Part shown: positions 10,601 to 18,931 of the stretch, in pieces
Numbering within the stretch: position 1 is the stretch's first letter
Layout of the letters: each line of letters starts with the position of its first letter
IMG/VR virus record: IMGVR_UViG_3300031998_000009
Coordinates: 134,525 to 198,524 of that record
Reading direction: 5' to 3' (one strand)
Source: a virus
Lineage: Duplodnaviria; Caudoviricetes
DNA: 64,000 nt
Translations under genes and position numbers: made by a program
The notes under the pieces: model-generated
What the model saw: only the letters and a program-made list of their open reading frames with translations
What the model was told of the DNA's origin: nothing
The model's database searches: none

Positions 10601-10799
10601 TGGTAGCACTAAATGCAGCACTTAATTCAGCTTCTGTATCACCAATAATAAAAGGTTTCGAAACCAACTTTTTAGTCAGCCATCTTAAATTTTCCTCATT
10701 ATTAAAACCACCATCATTAGGTGAATTTTCGGAAGGTGCTGCTTTTACATCGGATAATGGTATTTTGTTTAATGAGGTGTTAGTTAAATCATCAAACAT
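7602..10799 (-). CDS. Large baseplate/tail-fibre protein
   Basis: 1065 aa, N/T/Y-rich, downstream of the wedge genes. Confidence 0.55.
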   Translation of the reverse strand: MFDDLTNTSLNKIPLSDVKAAPSENSPNDGGFNNEENLRWLTKKLVSKPFIIGDTEAELSAAFSATTDEDGNDIINAGMFSIDGYTFKLGDPAHISFDDETGGTFIPMDSRYAQRFVEGLVNQGTANVLTTNLEKVLLSDYNPNNYSTSTKSQLIHKWKSAYTNKTCIGYLKFKYTGSYADELTVSNAIIKYKNTDIRLDSQVLVDPLNNPILPTDTPDQIWAKLKDSEVGWKKGDNFAVVNAASDIDIYYGMFFKDHETWDTTINEYKTSQRIEFVDIFGLTFFYDNTITSSDCYPATQNTDVNLGGNTLLSGLPFNNCKLATYPKYLYNFEELYDNDSTRYTVEDTVTYTATDFPSYSTMLETLFDKKTTSELLTSYVPLGNPANIAKVETNLDYFCIKGIPDTLKKSYVGPNNETIYIPVSFMTSEGSLTPNGFLINNTSTCNTYPVEGYLHFIKRLYWKATNGEEPTENNIKSVTVQQLCSWTTSDATYGNFKTNYQTYILPYISMYIHLCYCSLMDNVAYGYNNSGSSPTYDYESMKSIGCGVQLAASGYGVSTDFDTIQQYNSTEYNYDSNNNTFTPSTVIKEIHYSKNVNSDTAKITNFTTDEVWKDTGNNPLTFSYYVRALVNTETNYAIQFDDPINYYRQCALTDNYVPLGNKNAIVSDVVVQRIDYTGNTFSMQYVNKKVAYVDTPVVLGHVSYLLIDQYLMPTRPSWTNNRFAYNTLPAMFGTHNIKSLNGTGSSNSIINGMCYDWNEANWITYIPCTATIKKDSHNYLRGKDFDQPNNYAGLELSYTLPGDVDNNTCYLYNLEVSTDLTTGTNDKEKPNTNIDINSKYIKRRREAIFHINKIYGPNYTTIQDIIKQEVNVDDLKSLMDYLKQNSIIRWPNGRIIVWIGQPDAPGSNVKALTSLSANKYIELIVHMNPDYVNINKGSHIEIQQLVGSADTSTSSYQTQFLNKLEYKWYFDIPSNPSLDKVVGIRIYNYGDTIDSNNIANLMIEFLGVPLLSGGSIDTSSCILEDPNNPGHLWIEWDGNEYDVPYTSGGGGNGPQLIIGNIETTP

Positions 10800-10819
10800 A
10801 GTAAAACCTCCTCCTTTTA

Positions 10820-11707
10820 TTATGTTACAATATGTCCTATAATCATTTCAGGTCCTGGTGTAGGTGTAGGTCCTGGTTCTATGTGTTCTTCTAATTCAAA
10901 TTCTCCTAATGTAGGAATTTCTTGAATAGTGGTTGTAATAATATCACCGTTTTCATCCAAAACATTTGCTGTAAGCATTGTGTCTTTACCAACAGCCGCT
11001 ATGGTAATAACCCATCTTATAACAACTGTATCATCAGGTCTAACATAAAGAGTATTCGTTTTTTCTTCTTCGTCTTCTATGTAATTACCTAATTTTATAT
11101 AAGCTAATAGATCTTCTGTTCCTGGAACAGGTGTCGCAAATAAACCTATTTCTGATATAAACAAAGGATTATTGTTATAGTACATATTTAGTTCTCCGGG
11201 TCGTACCTCACAATAAAAATAAATACTGTCCATATCAGCGGTAGATTCATCTTCTAGTGTTAGAGTTGATTTTCTTATTTGAGATCTAGTACCACTAATA
11301 CCTTCACCTTCTTCTTTTCCAGTGAAGAATTCTCTTACAAACTTTTTAGCATTGTAGTCGACATATTCGTCCCAGTCAGATTCTAATTCTGGAACTCTTG
11401 GATTAGTATCAGAAGGCTTCGGTACTATTTGTCCTTCACTATTTTCGTAAAGAACAACACCACCATCACCACATCCTAAAAAACAAGGTATATACTGTTC
11501 TGTATTAGAGTATTGTGGATTGGGTTGTAAAAATGTTTTGTTAAAATCACCGTTTAGAAATCTTATAAGACCTGATACCATTTGTCTAGTTGCTTTATTA
11601 TGTGTTTGGATATGTTTTTTTACAATGTTACTTCTGGTATCCATTACTAAAATGTCCACGTTATTACTGATTGTAAAACCCATGCTAGAGGAATTAATAT
11701 TTCCCAT
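10820..11707 (-). CDS. Baseplate / fibre-attachment protein
   Basis: HN.AT, GCGDGG and ISEIGLF...LLAY motifs typical of fibre-attachment N-domains; position after the gpI-like gene. Confidence 0.55.
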   Translation of the reverse strand: MGNINSSSMGFTISNNVDILVMDTRSNIVKKHIQTHNKATRQMVSGLIRFLNGDFNKTFLQPNPQYSNTEQYIPCFLGCGDGGVVLYENSEGQIVPKPSDTNPRVPELESDWDEYVDYNAKKFVREFFTGKEEGEGISGTRSQIRKSTLTLEDESTADMDSIYFYCEVRPGELNMYYNNNPLFISEIGLFATPVPGTEDLLAYIKLGNYIEDEEEKTNTLYVRPDDTVVIRWVITIAAVGKDTMLTANVLDENGDIITTTIQEIPTLGEFELEEHIEPGPTPTPGPEMIIGHIVT

Positions 11708-11721
11708 TTTAGGATCACCTC

Positions 11722-12408
11722 TTAATCATTTAGATTTATTGTAGAATCTTCTGAAAACTGTTCCAACCACTTTGGATCTGTTGTAGCAGAAAAGTTTACA
11801 AAAGAACGGTTGACATATGTATTTATTTCTGGTTGATATGTTTCGACTGTATTATCGGTAGCAGCATAGATCATTAATGCGTCCGTATTGATGTTATGTC
11901 CTATAATAGAACGTAACTCTACTCTCATACCAACCGGTCTAACATAATCAAGAAGATATCTTACTAATGTGTATACATTAGGATAGTTTATATAAATTCT
12001 TGCATTTTCATAATCATACTGAATTTGGATATCACGAAGTGCATTAACATAATCAGAATCTTCTGTTACCAGCTCAGCATTATTTTTAGAAATATCCAAA
12101 GATGTTAAACTTAATGCAGATGCCATTTTTAGTCCAACCTCTGAACCTCGATTTCTTTCCATAGCCGTAAATGCTGCTAATGTACGTCTATTGGATGTAA
12201 CAGTATCTTCGAAGTTATATTCGTAGTTTAATGTTTTAGCAAGAAGAGGTAATAACTCTTGTGGACACTTATAGGCATCATAAACGTCACAACAATGGTC
12301 AATATCATATTTACAATTATTGATTATAATGTCTAATAGTTTTGTAAATACCTGTATGTCACGTTCTTTTCCATATACCTGAGGTATAAAGTTATTAGAC
12401 TGTATCAT
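11722..12408 (-). CDS. Baseplate wedge protein (P2 gpI / T4 gp7-like)
   Basis: DAYKCPQELLPLLAKTLNY...RGSEVG...LDYVRPVG. Confidence 0.75.
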   Translation of the reverse strand: MIQSNNFIPQVYGKERDIQVFTKLLDIIINNCKYDIDHCCDVYDAYKCPQELLPLLAKTLNYEYNFEDTVTSNRRTLAAFTAMERNRGSEVGLKMASALSLTSLDISKNNAELVTEDSDYVNALRDIQIQYDYENARIYINYPNVYTLVRYLLDYVRPVGMRVELRSIIGHNINTDALMIYAATDNTVETYQPEINTYVNRSFVNFSATTDPKWLEQFSEDSTINLND

Positions 12409-12421
12409 ACTCTAACACCTC

Positions 12422-14734
12422 TTAATCCTGAATATAATTTGGATCAACACAAATCATATTATAATAAGGTGAGTTTGTATCCTCTACGGTTTCGTGATAT
12501 GTTTGAACATATCTCATAATACTTTGTGGATTAAAATAGGCTTCAACATTAAAATACATACTATAATTATTCAATACATTTTCAAAGTCAATAAGTTTTT
12601 TATTTCCTATACCGGCATCAAAATATCTAATTCTGTTATCACTTTGCAGAACAGCATCTATAACTTCCATATAAGTGAGTTTCTTTCCAAACTCCATGTT
12701 ATAGGGTTTATATAGATTAGTTAGTCTTGTTATGACAGCTTTAATAATATTATTAGCTTCCATTCTATTTACAGATTGTGTTAGATGAATGGTTCCACAG
12801 CATCTCCATGGAAATACTCTGCAAGCTGTGTAATTAGGAACAGTGGTAACAATTTTCGTTCGTCTAATAGCATTGTTGATGAGTGTAGGAATTTTATAGT
12901 TATCTGGGTTAGATGGATAATCATCTTCTGTTGTTACTCGATATAACATAAATGGAGCATTTGTTTCCGAGGTAACACCACTAAAATATCTGGCAACTAT
13001 AGCACCTGTTTCATCCTGTGTAGCAAAATCTCCCCAAATAGGATAAAAGTTAATACTGTAATTTACAAAATCAGAAGGAATACTAGGATTCATTGCTTGG
13101 TCTACCGTGTAACAAGCATCTTTATAATCAGCAGTTACTTTTCTTATGTTATACAACATAGTTGCTAAAGCACTTTGGGAAGAACTAGAAGAAGCATTAG
13201 GTCCTAAAATATCAAGTAATTGTTCCTTTGTATAGGAACTACAAATATTCATGATTTGTTTGTTAAGATCGTCTGAATACTGTCCGTCACAAACACAGGC
13301 ATTGGAAATACCTTTTTGACGTCTAATAAAGCGTGCAAAATCATAAATAGTAACCAAGGTATCGTATGTCATAATGTAGTTCATAGAATCTATATATGCT
13401 TCTGCTGCTGTTTGTGGATTGTATCCAGGTTTACATAAATAATTTCCTTCGTCGTCTAGAACATAATTTGAGTTAGCGATGTTAGTAACAGAAACTTCTG
13501 TAGCACTATTAGAATCAAATCTTGTAAGATAATCTGTGGTAATAGAACCATATTTACCTTGTGTTTTTACATAATATAATGTAAATGTAACAGAATCACT
13601 AATCTGGTCTTTCCAATAAGATGAGAATTTAATATACGGATAATCAAATTCGTCAACATCGAATTGGAAATAAACCTTTACTTTAGTTGGATCTGTAGGA
13701 TCTTTGAAATCCGTAACAGTAAGTAGATTATCTGTTTTTTCAATAAATACTGTCTTTTCCGTTAAAGTATTATCGTCTACGGTTGTATAAGACACATAAA
13801 TATAGGTATCATCTAAAGAAGCATCTGGAACATAATAGCAGTTATCTTTTATTTGAGAAGGTGTGAACTTTATGCTAGCAAAATAACCTTGAATAGCTAT
13901 AAATTGTTTAGGTTCGTAAGGATACAATAGAGTATTAGGTAAATACTTACCTGTTATTACATCGGATTCTGGTGTATATGTGGTAGGTAACAAAGTATAC
14001 AGTAATGAATAAGAATCATTTCCGTATAGGTTTAGTGTTTTAGTATTTCCGGCAAGATATGTATAAAGACCTACCTTATTATCTTCCTGCCAGTACCTAT
14101 ACACCTCTCTAGCCTTATTCGCAAAAACATTGGAATGTGATATAAAATTAACATTTGTTTTAATGCTAGGTTCCGGTGGGTTATCAAAATCAATCTGTCC
14201 TTCATCTTGTATACCTATACTAGGTCTAGCTACACCGGCAGTTACCATTGCCTGTGGTAGTGGTTCTTCAGTACCCGAAATATTAGTAATAGGTGGTAAA
14301 GAAATGTTCATGTTGCCTGTATCGTTTGCATTATGATTATATCTGTATCTGTAATCATAATAAACATCAACAGGATTTTCACCATCTACAATTCTTTTAT
14401 AATAATAAATATATTCTGGCATTGCCGACCTATTAGTAAGAGTAACGGTTGTTTGTGCAGATTGATACCAGTGCATTTTATATCCTACAAGACCAAATAA
14501 TTTAGCAGCATTCTTTCTTTGTGATACAGTAGGTGCAAAACATTCTAATGCCTGTTTATCCTGGTTGTAGGATAACATATCACCCAGTGCTGACATCTCT
14601 TTAACTAATACAATACCTGGGTCACCTTCTTCTCTACTTGTCCAGGTATCTGTTAAAGTAGGTATGGCATCGATAAGATCTTCCTTTATAGATGTATAGT
14701 CTTTACTGGTATACTTTAGTATTTTATTGCCCAT
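12422..14734 (-). CDS. Baseplate wedge protein (T4 gp6 / P2 gpJ-like)
   Basis: YTSKDY.SI...WT....GDPGIVL...ALGDMLSYNQD...LVGY; LVTIYDF. Confidence 0.85.
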   Translation of the reverse strand: MGNKILKYTSKDYTSIKEDLIDAIPTLTDTWTSREEGDPGIVLVKEMSALGDMLSYNQDKQALECFAPTVSQRKNAAKLFGLVGYKMHWYQSAQTTVTLTNRSAMPEYIYYYKRIVDGENPVDVYYDYRYRYNHNANDTGNMNISLPPITNISGTEEPLPQAMVTAGVARPSIGIQDEGQIDFDNPPEPSIKTNVNFISHSNVFANKAREVYRYWQEDNKVGLYTYLAGNTKTLNLYGNDSYSLLYTLLPTTYTPESDVITGKYLPNTLLYPYEPKQFIAIQGYFASIKFTPSQIKDNCYYVPDASLDDTYIYVSYTTVDDNTLTEKTVFIEKTDNLLTVTDFKDPTDPTKVKVYFQFDVDEFDYPYIKFSSYWKDQISDSVTFTLYYVKTQGKYGSITTDYLTRFDSNSATEVSVTNIANSNYVLDDEGNYLCKPGYNPQTAAEAYIDSMNYIMTYDTLVTIYDFARFIRRQKGISNACVCDGQYSDDLNKQIMNICSSYTKEQLLDILGPNASSSSSQSALATMLYNIRKVTADYKDACYTVDQAMNPSIPSDFVNYSINFYPIWGDFATQDETGAIVARYFSGVTSETNAPFMLYRVTTEDDYPSNPDNYKIPTLINNAIRRTKIVTTVPNYTACRVFPWRCCGTIHLTQSVNRMEANNIIKAVITRLTNLYKPYNMEFGKKLTYMEVIDAVLQSDNRIRYFDAGIGNKKLIDFENVLNNYSMYFNVEAYFNPQSIMRYVQTYHETVEDTNSPYYNMICVDPNYIQD

Positions 14735-15129
14735 TAAGAAATAACCTCCTCCATATAAAAACTATAGGTTCCTGTCTTTTTATTATTGTATACTTCATAA
14801 TGAATGGTAATATGAAATTTGTTTCTGTCCGCATTTTCTACCTGCTCTATCGTAATGTCATCCATAGATACAGAAACTCTTTTTTCGAAAGCCGTAATAC
14901 TATCTACGATTTCTTCTTTTATTTGATTTTGTAATGTATCAGAATACTGTTCAAATAACATTTCGTATAATCGACTTCCAAAATTAGGATCACCCAATAA
15001 TTCACCTTTACCTGTTGTTAGAATAAGTCCAATACATTGATTTATGGAATCTGTATAATCACTCAAATCTGTTTTACCTGATATAAGATTGAATGTTATT
15101 GGATATTTAATTGTTTTTGTATATAACAT
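14734..15129 (-). CDS. gp25-like sheath initiator
   Basis: SINQCIGLILTTGKGELLGDPNFGSRLYEMLFE...FEKRV. Confidence 0.9.
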   Translation of the reverse strand: MLYTKTIKYPITFNLISGKTDLSDYTDSINQCIGLILTTGKGELLGDPNFGSRLYEMLFEQYSDTLQNQIKEEIVDSITAFEKRVSVSMDDITIEQVENADRNKFHITIHYEVYNNKKTGTYSFYMEEVIS

Positions 15130-15140
15130 AATATATCACC

Positions 15141-15494
15141 TTAATTCAACCAAACTTCTTTAACTTCGTACACATCTTCTTGATCTGTGTACTCGTATCC
15201 TAACCACCCAATAACAACAGGTTGATTAGAATCACCATCTATAAAAGCCACAAGAACAACTTGGTTAGGTTCTGGAGGTGTGTTATTTCCGAACGGATAA
15301 CTTACCTCACACCAAGGTAAATCCTTTGTAGGAACAATAGAGGATTTCATATAAGGTTCTGCATTTTGATATGGAGTATCAGTCATAGTTCCATGTAATT
15401 GAGGTATTCTTACTTTAATACGATGAAACCCAGCAGGATCATTTGTATCAATAACAATTCCTTTTGTTACACCCGCCATTTTTACGAACCCCAT
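15141..15494 (-). CDS. gp5-like OB-fold spike protein
   Basis: GIVIDTNDP...RIKVRIP.LHG...LPW...P....V.VAF.DGD.NQPVV.G. Confidence 0.85.
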   Translation of the reverse strand: MGFVKMAGVTKGIVIDTNDPAGFHRIKVRIPQLHGTMTDTPYQNAEPYMKSSIVPTKDLPWCEVSYPFGNNTPPEPNQVVLVAFIDGDSNQPVVIGWLGYEYTDQEDVYEVKEVWLN

Positions 15495-15505
15495 ATAATC
15501 ACCTC

Positions 15506-16972
15506 TTATCTACTAGAATTTATAGAATCTTGGTTGTGCCAAGCTCTAGATGTGCTTGAATTAGAAATAAAGTTTGGTGCCTCCATGTTATCAGAACTAT
15601 TCCACTCAGCCCTTAATAGTTTGAATGTAGTAGTGAATCCACTTTCAGATAAATCGTCTTCTATTTCCGTTATAGCATATGTTCCAGTAAGAGGAACGTG
15701 TTGAACACCATTCACAAAAACATTAACCTTTATACAGTCCATAAGCTGATTACAATCTGTCTGACCTACAACCGTCATGGATGCTTCTAGTGGAAGTGTT
15801 AGATGTTCTGCTATTGTAGTTGCAGATAAAAATGCAGATTCGTTAAATCCCGATAATGTAGAAAACGTGTTTTTCTTAAATCCATCTGTTTGTGAAACAA
15901 CATATGTTCCACCTACATTCTGTCCATTAGCATCGATGTTATTACTAACTCCTTGTAATGCGGATACGGTTCCCATCGCTACTACATAATTATAGTTAGC
16001 ATCAAAACTTATAACATCGCTATTTATAAAATTATTTCCAAAATTATATGTGAATATATCAGTTGCTTGTCTGTGGAACTTTTCCTTATAATAGAAACTT
16101 CCTTTTTGTGGAGAACCTAACGAAGGAACTACATTATCAAAATAACACACAAAAGGCATAGTGAGTAGATTCTTAAACGAATTATATTTTTGGTGTATTT
16201 CTTGTGAAACAGTTGAAGAAGCATATCTATTTGCCCATTCGTAATTTCGTAGAAACGCAACATCTGATTCGGAAAGTAGACCTTGCTGTAACCAAAAATC
16301 AGGAGTATATTTTCTATGACTTAAATGAACAAATCCGTTAGGTAATATAGTTCCATCCTGATTACTCTTACCAAAGAAGATATCATGTAAAGAACCGCTC
16401 TCTATGTTTATATCTTGTCTGTTTATAGCATCATCTGTGTGGTCAATATATATTTCATAACCTTGGAACATTTTGTTTATATCCGTAGATGTTGTAGTAG
16501 TGAGTAGATCTTCCACCAAGTTACTTGGTTGTTCCAATCCATATATAGAATGAATATAGGACATATATCCTTCCATGGTTATTGGTATGTTAGCAATATC
16601 TAGTTGTCTGGCGATTCCTTTTATTGTGTATGTAAGAAATCCTTCACCTAGTGTTTCTTCGTATTCTGTAAAAATACCTGTGTAATATTGGTTCTGTAAT
16701 GTCATTCCTCCGCCAGGCGTTTTATATCCGTATCTATAGTGAACAGGTTGTTTTACAGAAGATAATAGAAGATTATGAATAACAGTAGTTGTCTGTTCGT
16801 TAAAATTACCGGGTGCATAACTCAATTCGAGTGTAAAAGAGCATGCCTGTGAAACACTTCTATTTTGGTGAAATCTAGCAAAATATCTGGGTGGGATAGT
16901 ATCAATAGTTCCGTTAGCAAATTCAAATATTATATAGGGTCCTACAAACCCACGATTCATTATACTGTTCAT
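15506..16972 (-). CDS. Baseplate hub (gp27-like)
   Basis: Position between the LysM and spike genes; C-terminal LTGTYAITEIEDDLSESGFTTTFKL. Confidence 0.7.
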   Translation of the reverse strand: MNSIMNRGFVGPYIIFEFANGTIDTIPPRYFARFHQNRSVSQACSFTLELSYAPGNFNEQTTTVIHNLLLSSVKQPVHYRYGYKTPGGGMTLQNQYYTGIFTEYEETLGEGFLTYTIKGIARQLDIANIPITMEGYMSYIHSIYGLEQPSNLVEDLLTTTTSTDINKMFQGYEIYIDHTDDAINRQDINIESGSLHDIFFGKSNQDGTILPNGFVHLSHRKYTPDFWLQQGLLSESDVAFLRNYEWANRYASSTVSQEIHQKYNSFKNLLTMPFVCYFDNVVPSLGSPQKGSFYYKEKFHRQATDIFTYNFGNNFINSDVISFDANYNYVVAMGTVSALQGVSNNIDANGQNVGGTYVVSQTDGFKKNTFSTLSGFNESAFLSATTIAEHLTLPLEASMTVVGQTDCNQLMDCIKVNVFVNGVQHVPLTGTYAITEIEDDLSESGFTTTFKLLRAEWNSSDNMEAPNFISNSSTSRAWHNQDSINSSR

Positions 16973-17304
16973 ACTCTACCGTATAAAGGACCTTTCCATT
17001 CCATTAGAGAAGATAATGCAGGTATTCTTAAAATATCTCCTCTTTTAATAACAAAAGGATCTACGATACTATTTGCCATTGCTATAACCCAGAAATATTC
17101 AGCATTGTTATAATACTTATACGCTATAATGTCCAATCTATTTTCTTCATTAGGTTGAACTTCATGATAAACATCTGTTTCCGATGTTTTTATAACATAT
17201 TGATTTGCTGTCTCTAAATAAGTGTCATTGTTACTATCTATTATCTGTCTGTAAATACTGTATCTAGAAAGATTAGAGTATACTCTTGGTTTTGCATATC
17301 TCAT
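16969..17304 (-). CDS. LysM baseplate protein (gp53 / tail X-like)
   Basis: RLDIIAYKYY....FWVIAMANSIVDPF....GDILRIP. Confidence 0.88.
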   Translation of the reverse strand: MRYAKPRVYSNLSRYSIYRQIIDSNNDTYLETANQYVIKTSETDVYHEVQPNEENRLDIIAYKYYNNAEYFWVIAMANSIVDPFVIKRGDILRIPALSSLMEWKGPLYGRV

Positions 17305-18050
17305 GTTCCTCTACCTCTTTCCTGTAATATCTCGCTTGATATTTTCGGATTACCTGTACATTCTGTTACTGTAAAAGATAAGGTAACTACATTATATTTA
17401 TCATCAGCGTTTATTGTTTCTCCCCAATCCGTAGAGACCGTTCCAGCAATAACACCTGTGATATAACAACTATTTCCTAGATTTAATGTTACTTTCGGTA
17501 CTATAGAATCTGAACCTGTAGGATATACAGCAGATTGAACAGCAGCTACAATATCTTCTATTTTATTAGTGTGCTCCATTTCTCTATGCATTCTAAAAGA
17601 TACAGAAACAGTTCTGGGTCCAGAATTTTGATAGATTTGAAACGGTTCAGATCTTCCAAGAGGATGTTGACTTGTGAAATTGGACTGTCTAGTATCTGAA
17701 TAATTTTCAGGCCAGCAAGGAAAAAAGTATATAATTCCGTTTATTCGTATCCAACATTTCTTCTGTGAATAGTAGCCTACGTTACCTTTATTTGTTACAG
17801 ACTTTTGAAGTGGTTTACTTTCTTTAGCTTCTATAGTTGTTTCTCTAACTCTATTCTCATAAGATTCATTACCTGTAAGAACATTAGGTACTTTTAAGTT
17901 TCCAGATAACCACATTAGTTCAGAAGGTTTATTGGGATACGGATAAAGAATGTTATTTACCTTATATAATTCTGTAACAGTTACTCCAAAATCTTCTGCG
18001 ATACTAGCAAAGGTATCTGTTTCGGTGTATTCATAATCCAAATATGCCAT
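17301..18050 (-). CDS. LysM-containing tail tube initiator-like protein
   Basis: N-terminal LysM (DTFASIAEDFGVTVTELYKVN); GRSEPFQIYQNSGPRTVS tube-like motif. Confidence 0.75.
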   Translation of the reverse strand: MAYLDYEYTETDTFASIAEDFGVTVTELYKVNNILYPYPNKPSELMWLSGNLKVPNVLTGNESYENRVRETTIEAKESKPLQKSVTNKGNVGYYSQKKCWIRINGIIYFFPCWPENYSDTRQSNFTSQHPLGRSEPFQIYQNSGPRTVSVSFRMHREMEHTNKIEDIVAAVQSAVYPTGSDSIVPKVTLNLGNSCYITGVIAGTVSTDWGETINADDKYNVVTLSFTVTECTGNPKISSEILQERGRGT

Positions 18051-18918
18051 TTGATTTTACACCTACTTCCTTTAATACATAGGCTTCTGTGAATATATCA
18101 AAATAACCGGTAACAAATAGTTTTCCACCATTTATAGGATTTACTCTTTGTTTCTGATAATTTATAATTGTTTGAGTAAGGTCGTATTGTGTTCCTTCCA
18201 TTCCAGGAATGCACCAAACACCTTTTTCTTCTCTTGTTATGTTTCGATCTCTGATAAGAAGTTGTTGAACATAATATATATCTTCTCTTGAAGAATTAGG
18301 TGTTATTGTTCTGCCTAGTAAATAAGAGGTTACTAGGTCATCTAGTTCACAGATTTCTTTTTCATAACCCCATTCTTGAAGTGTAAATATAATATTATTA
18401 TCCACTTTGTAATAGTTGTTAGATTCTTCAAAACAGAACAAAGGTAAATCTCTGTGATTAAAATATTTAGGATATCCAGGTTTGTACATACCTGTACTTC
18501 CATCGTATTTCAACACCATATATCTATTATAGATTTCTCTGTATAGTTCTTGTGGTTTCTCTTCGTATTCTTTTTTAACAGATGTAGGTAATGTTGCATA
18601 TTCCTCGTCTGTATAGAAATTAGAAAACATAAGTCTGTGTCTTTTGTTATCCGATAAAAAGTAATTGCAGATTGATATAGGTTCTGTTAGAGGTCTAACA
18701 TCACTTCTTTGAATGTTACTATAATCGCTTATGGATTTTTTATCAAGTAGAGGGTAGGTATGATCTAAATATTTCGCAATATAATGTGCAAATCCATAAT
18801 TCATATCTATGTATGGATAATATTCAGAATTTATTTTAATATCAGAATTGAAGTTTTCCTGTAGCATTTGTTGAATATAATGTATTACAAGTCCACTATC
18901 CTTAAATTGTTTTTGCAT
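18031..18918 (-). CDS. Hypothetical tail protein with a peptidoglycan-binding-like C-domain
   Basis: DIYYVQQLL...TIINYQK...VTGYFD..TE resembles a PGBD. Confidence 0.45.
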   Translation of the reverse strand: MQKQFKDSGLVIHYIQQMLQENFNSDIKINSEYYPYIDMNYGFAHYIAKYLDHTYPLLDKKSISDYSNIQRSDVRPLTEPISICNYFLSDNKRHRLMFSNFYTDEEYATLPTSVKKEYEEKPQELYREIYNRYMVLKYDGSTGMYKPGYPKYFNHRDLPLFCFEESNNYYKVDNNIIFTLQEWGYEKEICELDDLVTSYLLGRTITPNSSREDIYYVQQLLIRDRNITREEKGVWCIPGMEGTQYDLTQTIINYQKQRVNPINGGKLFVTGYFDIFTEAYVLKEVGVKSNGIFGL

Positions 18919-18931
18919 AACCTACCCTCCT

